A stretch of DNA of 32,302 nt from Methanobacteriota archaeon (GCA_043820925.1 JBDRDL010000052.1:1-32302), one strand, 5' to 3'. Shown: positions 16,952 to 26,030, counted from the stretch's first letter. Notes: generated by a model from the sequence alone, not told the origin. A program made the numbers and translations.

Positions 16952-18562
16952 ATGGAAAAAGAATCACTTTTTTGGGCAGACCAGAAGGCAGAAGAAATTG
17001 CAGGCAGGAGCAAGTTCCATTACCTGGATAAAAAGATTCCAGGGTTCAAAAAGTACACGATAAAAACTTCTGCCTCGATTTCTGGAGTGCTGCACATAGG
17101 GAGGCTGAGTGATACTATCAGAAGCGAGTCCGTGCGCAGGGCACTCGAGGAGCATGGTTATAATTCGGAGATTATATGGGTAGCAGAAGACATGGACCCG
17201 CTGAGAAAAATACCAGAAGGCGTGCCTGCCGAATTTTCAACGCATCTCGGCATGCCGGTAAGCGAGATTCCAGATCCATGGAACTGCCATTCCTCCTATT
17301 CGGAACACCACGTCTCAGAATATCTGGAAGTCATAGACAAATTTGTAGACACGAAAATTGCTAGGTATTCAATGAGGGGAGAATATAGGAAGGGAAATTT
17401 CAGGCCCTACATAAAAGCTATCTTGAATAATCGGGAGAAAATCATAGAGATACAGAACAAATACCGCGAGACTCCTCTGAAGCCTGGATGGAGCCCCTGG
17501 ACGCCTGCCTGCAAAAACTGCGGCAAGGTAATAACACCAAGGATAAAGAAACTCGAGGGCAGCAGAGTAATATACAAATGCGAGGACTACTCTTTCGAAA
17601 CCCAAGTCGCTCTCGGCTGCGGTTACGAGGGCGAGGCAAATGCGCTCAGAGATGAAGGCAAGCTTTTGTGGAAGAGCGAGTGGGCGGCGCAGTGGGCGAG
17701 GTGGGGTATAGTAGCAGAGGGTGCGGGCAAGGAGTACGTTGTGCCTACTTCGGCGTGGTGGGTAAATGCAGAAATCGTCGAAAGGATACTCGACTTTCCT
17801 TCGCCGGTGCCTATTTTCTACGAGCACTTGATGATAGACGGCAAAAAAATGTCAGCCTCGCTCGGAAATGTTGTTTATCCAAAAGACTGGCTGAGCGTTG
17901 CCCCGGCACAGCTGCTGAGGTTTTTCTACAACAAAAAGCTCATGAAGACCCGCAGCTTTTCATGGAGAGACCTGCCGAATTTGTACGACGAGTACGACGA
18001 GCATGCCAGGATTTATTTTGAGAAGAAAGAAGATAGCAAAGAAGTAAGGCACATGAAGCGATTGTATGAAATCTCCCAACTTGGAAGCATAGAAGAACCA
18101 ATAAATCTGCCGTTCTCCCACGCTGTTTTGATTTCACAAGTTTTTACTGGTGAAAATGCAATCATCACAAGCTTAAAGCGCTCCGGGCACTATGAAGAGA
18201 AAAAGCGCAGCGCAATATTAAATAGAATCGAACTGGCAAAAAACTGGGCAAAAAAATATGCTCCCGAAGAGGCAAAAATAAATTTGAGCATTGACATCGA
18301 GAAAATTAAAGCCAGGCTCAGCAATAGACAAAAAGAATTACTGCAAAGGTTAGCGGCGTGGTTAGAAAAAGACAGGTCTGCGGAAGAAATTCATGCGCAA
18401 ATATATCAAATTGCGAATGAGACAAAAATTCCCTTGGACGAGGCTTTTCAGTCCGTCTATCTGTCAATTATTGGTAAAACCAGAGGACCCAGAGCAGGTG
18501 CACTCATCGCATCGCTGGACAAGGAGTGGGTGATAAAAAGATTTAGAGAAGTTTCATCGTAG
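16952..18562 (+). CDS. lysS: Lysine--tRNA ligase, class I
   Basis: FWAD, SGVLHIG (HIGH-like), DPLRKIP, Zn knuckles, GKLLWKSEW, KMSAS and GPRAG. Confidence 0.96.
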   Translation: MEKESLFWADQKAEEIAGRSKFHYLDKKIPGFKKYTIKTSASISGVLHIGRLSDTIRSESVRRALEEHGYNSEIIWVAEDMDPLRKIPEGVPAEFSTHLGMPVSEIPDPWNCHSSYSEHHVSEYLEVIDKFVDTKIARYSMRGEYRKGNFRPYIKAILNNREKIIEIQNKYRETPLKPGWSPWTPACKNCGKVITPRIKKLEGSRVIYKCEDYSFETQVALGCGYEGEANALRDEGKLLWKSEWAAQWARWGIVAEGAGKEYVVPTSAWWVNAEIVERILDFPSPVPIFYEHLMIDGKKMSASLGNVVYPKDWLSVAPAQLLRFFYNKKLMKTRSFSWRDLPNLYDEYDEHARIYFEKKEDSKEVRHMKRLYEISQLGSIEEPINLPFSHAVLISQVFTGENAIITSLKRSGHYEEKKRSAILNRIELAKNWAKKYAPEEAKINLSIDIEKIKARLSNRQKELLQRLAAWLEKDRSAEEIHAQIYQIANETKIPLDEAFQSVYLSIIGKTRGPRAGALIASLDKEWVIKRFREVSS

Positions 18563-18568
18563 GAAAAA

Positions 18569-18757
18569 TTATCTCTTCCATTCTATGTAAACAGGGCAGA
18601 GATGGCACTCGCTCGGAGGGTCAGCCTGGTCTTCGATTGCTGACGGGCACTCCGGATAGCTCCCTACGCAATTTGGGTACTTGCTCCTGATTTTGAGCCA
18701 TGCCAATTCGCTTTCTGTTTTTTTTCTCGGAATCTTCTTTTTCTGTTTTCTCGTCAT
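18569..18757 (-). CDS. Small basic Cys-rich hypothetical protein
   Basis: 62 aa; Lys/Arg-rich N-terminus and C-x6-C-x13-C-x2-C; start overlaps the cutA stop. Confidence 0.6.
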   Translation of the reverse strand: MTRKQKKKIPRKKTESELAWLKIRSKYPNCVGSYPECPSAIEDQADPPSECHLCPVYIEWKR

Positions 18758-19065
18758 CTTACTTCTCCTTCAATCCATCGCAGATATTCCTCGCTGCCTT
18801 CCAATATCGGAAATGCAACTATGGCAGGGTTTTCATAGCTGTGCAGCTTTTTTACCATGGCGATGATTTTTCTGACTTTATCTTTTTTGCTCTTCAGCAG
18901 CAGCACAGCTTCGTCGCTTTCCTCTAATTTTCCTTTCCACCAATATGAAGAATGCACTTTCTCAATAACATTTGCGCAGGCTGCGAGTCTTTCTTCCACT
19001 ATGCGCTTTCCAATTCGCTTCGCTTCCTCTGCGCCTGAGGTAGTTATATAAATCAGGACGTACAT
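18754..19065 (-). CDS. cutA: Divalent cation tolerance protein CutA
   Basis: VEERLAACAN, SSYWWKGK and LHSYENPAI; likely ATG 19065. Confidence 0.93.
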   Translation of the reverse strand: MYVLIYITTSGAEEAKRIGKRIVEERLAACANVIEKVHSSYWWKGKLEESDEAVLLLKSKKDKVRKIIAMVKKLHSYENPAIVAFPILEGSEEYLRWIEGEVR

Positions 19066-19110
19066 CTCCGACAATATATCGCCGTTCAATATAAATATTA
19101 AGGTGCACGA

Positions 19111-20211
19111 ATGTCAAAGTGGTATATACTTCTGTTTATAATTGCGATTTCCTGGCTTGCTATTAGAGAGCTTGAGAAGAGGGGCAGGCTGAAGGCTGAG
19201 AGGCATTCGCTCCTGCTGATATTCAGAACAGAGAAGGGCAAAGAATTCATCTCCCGAATAGCGAGGCATAAGAAATTCTGGAGTATTTTCAGCTCAGCTG
19301 CGATTGTGGTAGGAATTCTGGGAATGGTATTCGTAAGTTACTTAATCTTCAAAATCGTATACTCGACTTACATTCTTAAGATTCCGCTCGAGGGAGGCGT
19401 TCAACTCGTTATTCCCGGCATTACTATACCGTTCTGGTACGGCATACTCGGACTAATCACTGTGCTTTTTGTCCATGAATTTGCTCATGGAATAGTTGCA
19501 AGGAGCGAAGATGTAACATTAAAAAGTCTGGGCATAGTATCTGTAGCAGTAATACCAATAGGAGCTTTCGTAGAGCCTGATGAAGAAGAGCTGAAAAGCA
19601 AGCCTAGAGTTTCTAGGCTGCGCGTCTATTCTGTCGGCTCTTTTGGAAATATACTGCTTGCACTCCTGGGTGTCATAGCTCTTGTGTCGCTATCCCCAAC
19701 TTTCTTTGATATATCTACACTTCAAATAACCAGCGTCGCCGAAGACTCGCCTGCTGATGGAGTTCTAGAGAAAGGAATGGTGCTGAAAGCTATAAACGGA
19801 ATAGAAATCTCCTCTAACAAAGATTTCGCAGAAGCTGTGAAGGAAATTAAGCCAAACCAGAGAGTTAATATTGCAACTGATAAAGGCTCTTTCTATGTTA
19901 CAACTGCTGCAAAAAAAGATGCTCCTGGGCGAGGCTATATCGGAATAGGGGTTGGAAATCCTCTCAGGGAAGGCTTGCCTAGCTACTTTTACTTCTCCTT
20001 AAACTGGATAGTCATCCTGAATTTAGGGATTGGTTTAATAAATCTCGCTCCATTACATTTCGGCATCGCTGCCACAGATGGACACCACATCTTGAGGGAG
20101 ATTCTATCCAAGTTCATAGAAGAAAAGAGCGCCGAAAAAGTAACTATTTTTGTTTCCACAACAATGCTGCTGGCGATAATATTTATCGTTATTCCTGTAC
20201 CTGTGCCCTAG
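19111..20211 (+). CDS. Site-2 protease (M50) with PDZ domain
   Basis: HEFAH, GAFVEPDEE, PDZ (VAEDSPADGVL) and NLAP...TDG. Confidence 0.92.
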   Translation: MSKWYILLFIIAISWLAIRELEKRGRLKAERHSLLLIFRTEKGKEFISRIARHKKFWSIFSSAAIVVGILGMVFVSYLIFKIVYSTYILKIPLEGGVQLVIPGITIPFWYGILGLITVLFVHEFAHGIVARSEDVTLKSLGIVSVAVIPIGAFVEPDEEELKSKPRVSRLRVYSVGSFGNILLALLGVIALVSLSPTFFDISTLQITSVAEDSPADGVLEKGMVLKAINGIEISSNKDFAEAVKEIKPNQRVNIATDKGSFYVTTAAKKDAPGRGYIGIGVGNPLREGLPSYFYFSLNWIVILNLGIGLINLAPLHFGIAATDGHHILREILSKFIEEKSAEKVTIFVSTTMLLAIIFIVIPVPVP

Positions 20212-20219
20212 GTGGAAGC

Positions 20220-20804
20220 ATGGAACTGGAAACAAAAAGGCAGCTGATTCACGCTTCTGGCGTTTCTATTGCCTTGTATGTCTGCTGGTCTTACAACAAA
20301 TTTGGTTTTTACGTTCCTTTTGCGACGCTTGCAGCTGCAATTCTGTTTCTGTATCTCGCTGCGGAGGGGTACAAAAGAAACCTGAGGCTCCCGGTTGTTT
20401 CGAATATCATAGATGCCGCAGAAAGAGTAGAAGCTATAGAAAAAAGTCCTGCAAGTGGTGCGCTCTTTTTTTTCATCGGTTCTCTTTTTTCGCTGGTCAT
20501 GTTCAGCCCAAACATAAATGTTGTCTGCGCTTCTATTTTAATACTTGCACTCGGCGATTCTGTTTCCACTCTGGTCGGAAGAAAATTCGGTCGCAGCAAG
20601 ATTTTTTACAACCCTGCAAAAAGCTGGGAAGGCAGCATAGGCGGCTTTGCATTCGCCTTACTTGGAGCTCTAACCCAGATTAGTCTGCCGGCAGCATTTA
20701 TCGGCGCTCTTGCAGGAATGCTTGCAGAGTCTCTTCCAATAAAAGTCAACGACAATATTACCATACCCGTATTTGCAGGTCTTGCGATGAGTTTAGCGGT
20801 TTAG
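20220..20804 (+). CDS. Dolichol/phytol kinase-like protein (SEC59/DGK1/VTE5 family)
   Basis: KRQLIH, LALGDSVSTLVG, KSWEGS and NDNITIP. Confidence 0.88.
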   Translation: MELETKRQLIHASGVSIALYVCWSYNKFGFYVPFATLAAAILFLYLAAEGYKRNLRLPVVSNIIDAAERVEAIEKSPASGALFFFIGSLFSLVMFSPNINVVCASILILALGDSVSTLVGRKFGRSKIFYNPAKSWEGSIGGFAFALLGALTQISLPAAFIGALAGMLAESLPIKVNDNITIPVFAGLAMSLAV

Positions 20805-20908
20805 ACAGGTGCTTTTTTTACCTCTCACCAAGAATATTGATGGTACCTTGCCAGTAATTGCCTGAAAAGACGTTAAGTTTATAGGTAAGAAAGTAAAATA
20901 GTTTTACC

Positions 20909-20994
20909 ATAGCGAGAGCTGGTGCGCAAGTCCGGCGGTCTTGCTAACGCAATAGCGAGAGCTAGTGCGAAAGCCTTGCGCTCTTGCTGTCGCA
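20909..20994 (+). repeat. Two tandem 43-bp hairpin-forming repeats in the TA leader
   Basis: 20909-20951 and 20952-20994, 35/43 identical by hand count; stems AGCGAGAGC/GCTCTTGCT. Confidence 0.85.
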
Positions 20995-21006
20995 AGGGTG
21001 ATAAAA

Positions 21007-21261
21007 ATGGCGATATCCAAGAGAAAGATAGAGACTACCACGGCCTCGCCTAAGGGGCAGGTGGTTATCCCCCAGAGCCTGCGTAAACAGCTTAAGATAG
21101 AGCCTGGGACAAAGTTCGCAGTTTATGGCAAAAAAGATACCCTGATATTCAAAAAGATTGAGATGCCCACAGTGGAAGACTTTGAAAAGCTCGTGGACTT
21201 TGGAGTAAAGTTTGCAAGGCGGAAGGGCATAAAAGAGGAAGACGTGCTGAAGGATGATTAA
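21007..21261 (+). CDS. AbrB/MazE/SpoVT-family antitoxin
   Basis: SPKGQVVIPQSLRKQLKIEPG; GGGTGA SD before ATG 21007; overlaps the PIN gene. Confidence 0.88.
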   Translation: MAISKRKIETTTASPKGQVVIPQSLRKQLKIEPGTKFAVYGKKDTLIFKKIEMPTVEDFEKLVDFGVKFARRKGIKEEDVLKDD

Positions 21262-21462
21262 GGCAGTTCTCGATGCCAATGTTATAATCTCGTCCATTTT
21301 CTGGCGCGGCAAGCCCTACCAGCTGATGCGTAGAGGCATCGAAGGGAAGTGCACTTTTGTGATTTCCATGCCCATAATCGACGAAGTTACCTCAAAGCTT
21401 CGCAGCAAATTACATCTGCCCGAGGACAAAATAGAAATGCTGGTTGACATTCAAAAGTATGA
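21254..21462 (+). pseudogene. N-terminal half of a PIN (VapC-like) toxin, truncated
   Basis: AVLDANVIISS...ISMPIIDEV present for ~67 aa; the ORF then reads into the antisense of another remnant and lacks the DD/SGD motifs. Confidence 0.8.
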
Positions 21463-21601
21463 CTACTTCTCAGCGATTTTTTCGAGTAGCCCTTTGATAT
21501 CCTCCAGAGTATCAAGCTTTTTATCCACGGACGTAAGCTTATCATTGATGGTTCCTAACCGTTCAACTCCCAGATCAAGTCTGTCGAAAATTTCCCTCTC
21601 C
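21463..21601 (-). pseudogene. Coiled-coil C-terminal remnant related to the acylphosphatase-CC gene
   Basis: EIFDRLDLGVERL...LLEKIAEK resembles DISRKLDIGIEIL...VLEKIASK of 7784-8188; no acylphosphatase domain upstream. Confidence 0.6.
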
Positions 21602-21668
21602 ACGCCGATAGACAGCATACACGCACCTGTTAATACTTTACCGCTGCGTAACCTTAAAAACATTTCCG

Positions 21669-21770
21669 TAATTAGCAAAAATTTGCAAAAATACCTGTTT
21701 ACCACAACGTAGAAATTTTCTCCCAATCACTAAAAAACAGAAGTTTGCATTTCCCTGATTTTTAAAATCG
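21669..21770 (+). repeat. Conserved non-coding element, copy A (upstream of unit 1)
   Basis: Aligns with 25667-25789: AAAATTTGCAAAAATACCTG...TAGAAA.TTTCTC...TTTGCATTTC.CTGATTTTT. Confidence 0.85.
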
Positions 21771-22338
21771 CCCCTAACTGCAATTTTCAGTTTGTATAAG
21801 TTGTCCATTTTTAATTGGAGGCGGCTGAGCACTGAAGCTTGGTCTTAATCTTTGCTTTCCTTACATTTTACATTGTCTATTTGAGCTAATTTTTGCCTAT
21901 CTTTTAAAATGGATATAAAAAATATTAAAATATCCATTTTTGTGCTTATATGCCCGGGAAAAATTCAAAAATGAGTGTTTAATTAGATTTAAAATAGCCT
22001 TAAGATATTTTGAAAATACAAAAGATTTATTTGTAAAACATAAATTTTTTTATTGATTTTTAAAAGAAAGTATTATAAACTGGGAAGTCCCATCCATACT
22101 ACCCATATCGGAAGGTGCACGATTCTTATCATGGAACGGTGCAGGAAGATGAGCGGGCTGAATGAAATAAAAAATGGAGGTGTGAAAAGATGAAATTTGT
22201 TTCGGTATCTGAAAGAAAAGGTTTAAATATCCATGTTAATAGCAGGCTTGCAGGAGGCAAAGGAAATGAGTGCTTTTTGGAATAGCTATTCGCAATTTGA
22301 GAGCATCTATAATCAAAATTTAACGGAGGTTGGGTGAG

Positions 22339-22647
22339 ATGGAAGAAAATAAAGTAGAAACACATAACCCGAGTAAAGGAATACGCATTATCGTAAATAT
22401 GCTAGGATTTATTGCTGTTATGACTTTTTTTCTCGTAGCATACAAAAGGCATTATTTACCTAAATTTATAACTTCGGACATTACCTACTCTCTGGCTACG
22501 ATAGCGTTTCTGATGTTTGGTGTTATAGTTTTGGTTGAATATTATCTTACTAAAAATTGGAAGAGAGCGATAATTATTGGATTGACAATCTGCTTGGCAT
22601 TTTTTGTTGCATTGCTTATACTCGCCTATAGTTTATTCCAACTGTAG
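22339..22647 (+). CDS. 3-TM membrane protein, array unit 1
   Basis: Three hydrophobic segments; YYLTKNWKRA motif; 13 bp before the phosphodiesterase gene. Confidence 0.75.
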   Translation: MEENKVETHNPSKGIRIIVNMLGFIAVMTFFLVAYKRHYLPKFITSDITYSLATIAFLMFGVIVLVEYYLTKNWKRAIIIGLTICLAFFVALLILAYSLFQL

Positions 22648-22660
22648 CGGTGAGAAAGAA

Positions 22661-25297
22661 ATGAACCATAACCTAAACTTAAATAAAAAGGTTGTCATTC
22701 TAGTGTTCGTAGGAATTTTATTACTACTACCTGTAGTTTATAGCGCGACTTCAAATAACCAAGTCAAAGTAGGAATAACCGCTCCATCTCAAATTAAGCC
22801 AGGAGATACTTTAAAACTCTGGATTTCAACCACGAATTTCGGCGAAGTGCTGACGCAAGCGCAATCTCAAAACATTTCTGAGCAGATAAAAATATTGGGC
22901 ACGCTCTCTGAGAAAAATAAAGTAACGATAAATGAGATAGAAGTAGGCAATCCATTTCTAACAATAGCCGAAGACAAGAAAATAACAGCACTAAACAAGG
23001 AGCTTATTTCTGCTGGAGATGCTCTCGCACTTAAAAAGCAACTTCAGGAAGAGCTGTACCAAAGGCATCTTAAAGAAAATCTAACTCTAGATGAGATAAA
23101 GCCATATGTAGAGCAGGAAAAACTCCTAAACGAAATTATTGAGAAAGGAAGCACCGGGGCATTTGTAGAACTACCAGTTCCGAAGGAATTTCCAGAGGGG
23201 CAGATAACAATTCCAATCAAAGTGAGCTATTCTTCAGAGGGCAGCACAAATTACGTTACTGCTCAAGTTGCTGTAACGGTTACTTCCAATCCCCAGCCCG
23301 GGAGAGCAGTCATCTTTATAGTCGACGCTGCAAGGGCAGACAAAATGTATGATTCTGCAAGTGCTGGTCTTGCCCCTAGTATAAAAGGTTTGATTGATAG
23401 TGGAGTAAAATTTACCAGCGCAAAAACTGTTTTCCCATCGATAACTCCTTCTGGTCATTCTTCGATTTTAACTGGTGCTTATCCAGCTAGGAGTGGCATA
23501 CCTGGGATGACTTGGTTTAATAAAAATAATTTTGAATATAAGGATTACAATGCCCTTTATTACAAGATAAAATGGGAAGTGAATAATGATCTTTTGACTC
23601 AAACTATTTTTGAAGTGCTTGAAAATTATAACTCTGTAAAGAATACTGCTACCATTCTTGAATTTGTACGCAATGGTGCTGATGATAAACAAGGACTTTC
23701 AATTGAGATGTTTGGAGATTATGAATGGATAAAATTTTACAAAATTCTTGGAAATTTTGAGGGTATTCGAGAATGGTCAAAGGAACTGGATTACGACACA
23801 ATGACAGAAGCTCTTTATAGATTTCAATATCCGCAAAACTACTACTCAAATGGGTTACCCACCGACCTAATGGCAATCTGGCTTCCTGGTAACGACATCA
23901 TAAGCCATGAAGGCGGCCCGGATGAAACCTACGGCGCAGGAAGCATGTCCAACATAGATGCACAGGTAGGAAGACTATTAAATGAGCCAACTTTTCAAAC
24001 AATAAAAGAAGAAACTGTTTTCATCATCACCGCAGACCATGGTCAAACAGCAGTAACCAGCAAAGTAACAAAGTCAACTTTGGAGAGCGTTCTGGAGAAT
24101 GCGGGCTACTTCACTGGCGTGATGGTAGACCCTATGGACGAGTTTGAACTGCCGTATCACAATACAGACGCGGTTGTAGCGCCCAACGGCGGCATGGCAC
24201 AGATTTACGTGCAGAGTGGCATTACTCTGGACGACCCTTACTCTGGCACATGGAACTCTCTACCGAGGCGTGAAAATGTTCTTCCAGCGGCAGATGCATT
24301 CAAAAACCAGCCATACATTTCAGCGATTTTAGTTCGCTACCAGGGCTCCAACGGCTACGAGGTTTACTATGGCAACCCGCTGAGCTATCCCGATGCTCAG
24401 GAGAGAATAAATGGCTTGAACTCGGACAGAAGCGGAGACATAATTTTGTTAGCAAATTACGATAGTAAATACTACTTTGGCGATGAACCTGAAAAAGGAA
24501 CTCACGGTCATCTAAACGACAAAGATACTTACGTTCCTCTGATATTTTCTGGTTCGGGAGTGAAGCACGATACACTAACTTCTGCACGAACAATCGACAT
24601 TGCTCCCACGATTGTCAATCTTCTGCTTGGAACTGAGATGTCCGGCGTTGATGGCAGAGTTCTAGAAGAAATTAAACTCCCACCTCCAGACACAACGCCG
24701 CCAACCATCACAAACGCCTACCACTCTCCTTCTTCGCCAACCAGCATTGACTCAATAAACATTTACTCTGACATAACCGACGCCTCTGGCGTTTCCTCAG
24801 CTACGCTTTTTTATTCTACTGACGGCTTTACTTGGAAGCCAATTCCAATGACAAACGTTTACGGTAACACGTGGAAAACATCGACGCCAATACCTGCCCA
24901 ACCAGCAGGTACGACGCTGCAATACACAGTCTGTGCAAGGGATGCAAAAGTCAACTATGGCTGCGAGTCAGGAGCTTACTGCCAGATATCTGGCACTCAG
25001 CTGAGCAGTGGAGGCGAGATAACTGCTCAAGCGAATTGTGATGTTGCCGTGCATACCGTAACCATCGGCTACACTGATACAGCACCGCCTTCGATTTACA
25101 ACACCTATGCATCGCCTTCTTCGCCTTCAGCTTATCAGTCGATTGAGATTTATTCTGAAATTAAAGACGACAGCAGCATTGCTTCTGCTTTAGTTTGGTA
25201 CACCACGAATGGCATTGATTGGAATAAAATCACAATGACGAATATCGAGGGCAATAAGTTCAAAACAGTTGAGCCGATTCCAGGGCAGGCTACGTAA
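22661..25297 (+). CDS. Secreted alkaline-phosphatase-superfamily (NPP-type) enzyme with Ig-like repeats, unit 1; C-terminally truncated
   Basis: Signal peptide; IVDAAR, FPSITPSGH, DIISH, TADHG and GTHG motifs; DTTPP repeats; stops mid-repeat (PIPGQAT*) relative to unit 2; ATG 22661. Confidence 0.88.
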   Translation: MNHNLNLNKKVVILVFVGILLLLPVVYSATSNNQVKVGITAPSQIKPGDTLKLWISTTNFGEVLTQAQSQNISEQIKILGTLSEKNKVTINEIEVGNPFLTIAEDKKITALNKELISAGDALALKKQLQEELYQRHLKENLTLDEIKPYVEQEKLLNEIIEKGSTGAFVELPVPKEFPEGQITIPIKVSYSSEGSTNYVTAQVAVTVTSNPQPGRAVIFIVDAARADKMYDSASAGLAPSIKGLIDSGVKFTSAKTVFPSITPSGHSSILTGAYPARSGIPGMTWFNKNNFEYKDYNALYYKIKWEVNNDLLTQTIFEVLENYNSVKNTATILEFVRNGADDKQGLSIEMFGDYEWIKFYKILGNFEGIREWSKELDYDTMTEALYRFQYPQNYYSNGLPTDLMAIWLPGNDIISHEGGPDETYGAGSMSNIDAQVGRLLNEPTFQTIKEETVFIITADHGQTAVTSKVTKSTLESVLENAGYFTGVMVDPMDEFELPYHNTDAVVAPNGGMAQIYVQSGITLDDPYSGTWNSLPRRENVLPAADAFKNQPYISAILVRYQGSNGYEVYYGNPLSYPDAQERINGLNSDRSGDIILLANYDSKYYFGDEPEKGTHGHLNDKDTYVPLIFSGSGVKHDTLTSARTIDIAPTIVNLLLGTEMSGVDGRVLEEIKLPPPDTTPPTITNAYHSPSSPTSIDSINIYSDITDASGVSSATLFYSTDGFTWKPIPMTNVYGNTWKTSTPIPAQPAGTTLQYTVCARDAKVNYGCESGAYCQISGTQLSSGGEITAQANCDVAVHTVTIGYTDTAPPSIYNTYASPSSPSAYQSIEIYSEIKDDSSIASALVWYTTNGIDWNKITMTNIEGNKFKTVEPIPGQAT

Positions 25298-25396
25298 TTA
25301 TCTTTTATGAACCTTTTTTTCCTGCCTGCTTAACCAGAAGAATATCGCAGATAATCCGGCAACCGCAATGAGGATTAATATAGTTGGTGCATCCAT
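25298..25396 (-). CDS. 32-aa single-TM microprotein (not in the ORF track)
   Basis: MDAPTILILIAVAGLSAIFFWLSRQEKKVHKR*; TM followed by a basic tail; starts 5 bp after the upstream stop. Confidence 0.6.
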   Translation of the reverse strand: MDAPTILILIAVAGLSAIFFWLSRQEKKVHKR

Positions 25397-25401
25397 TTCT
25401 G

Positions 25402-25611
25402 TCACTCTAACTCATCTAATTGCTTCCCAAAATATAAATACTTTCTTATCAGCCACCCGATGAAGATTAGGAGATACAGCATTATTAATACATTTACGGT
25501 GGGCAATTTACCAGAAAGTGCCTGCAGGATGAGAGCAAACAGTAGACCAATAACCGCCTGCATGCCAAGCTTGTATACATCCATCCTTGCTCTAATCTCG
25601 TTTCTACCCAT
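25402..25611 (-). CDS. Small 2-TM membrane protein
   Basis: 69 aa, two hydrophobic segments, TAAATATA about 25 bp upstream. Confidence 0.6.
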   Translation of the reverse strand: MGRNEIRARMDVYKLGMQAVIGLLFALILQALSGKLPTVNVLIMLYLLIFIGWLIRKYLYFGKQLDELE

Positions 25612-25666
25612 TCAAATAATACTTGTGCATTGCTATATTTAATTATTTCTAATTCGTTTATCTCGA

Positions 25667-25789
25667 TAATTCGCCAAAATTTGCAAAAATACCTGAATAC
25701 GAGCAGTTTAACCGAATTTCGCCACGACATAGAAAATTTCTCGTCTATGCCGAGAAACAGAGATTTGCATTTCTCTGATTTTTTAATCG
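25667..25789 (+). repeat. Conserved non-coding element, copy B (upstream of unit 2)
   Basis: Aligns with 21669-21770 with about 20 bp extra. Confidence 0.85.
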
Positions 25790-25854
25790 ACTTAGGCTGT
25801 TTTTGGCTTGCCGTGAAACAGTCCTGGAACATGGGTGCGCAATTTTAAAAATTG

Positions 25855-25915
25855 AAAAAATAGTTTTGGAAAATACAAAAAATTTATTTAAAAAATGAAA
25901 AAAAGATATATATAC
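25855..25915 (+). promoter_or_regulatory. A-tract/BRE/TATA promoter of unit 2
   Basis: AAAAAATAGTTTTGGAAAATACAAAAAATTT...GAAAAAAAGATATATATAC; homologous to 30161-30224 and weakly to 22003-22080. Confidence 0.65.
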
Positions 25916-26030
25916 ATGGAGCTTGAAGCAGAAAGTGGAGAGGTGGAAAACGGAAGAAAGGAAATGCATATCTGAGGCGTGAGGAGGCTTGGATATGAAA
26001 AGTCGGAGTTCGAGGCAGGAGGTGTTTAGA

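Noticed and set aside
467..20599. Numerous overlapping antisense or alternate-frame ORFs (e.g. 2429-2935, 8778-9329, 10322-10933, 13066-13800, 14906-15526)
   Set aside because: Shadows of well-supported genes, with Ser/Phe-rich composition and no motifs.
4523..21462. One integrated element with a PIN gene split at att sites
   Set aside because: The interval holds core genes such as lysS, the halves miss the central residues, and no integrase or flanking direct repeat was seen.
21254..21712. Full-length 152-aa PIN toxin
   Set aside because: After about residue 67 it is antisense read-through of the coiled-coil remnant and lacks the C-terminal acidic motifs.
21906..21940. Xer/dif site
   Set aside because: The left arm resembles archaeal dif (TGGATATAA), but the arm spacing does not fit 11-6-11.
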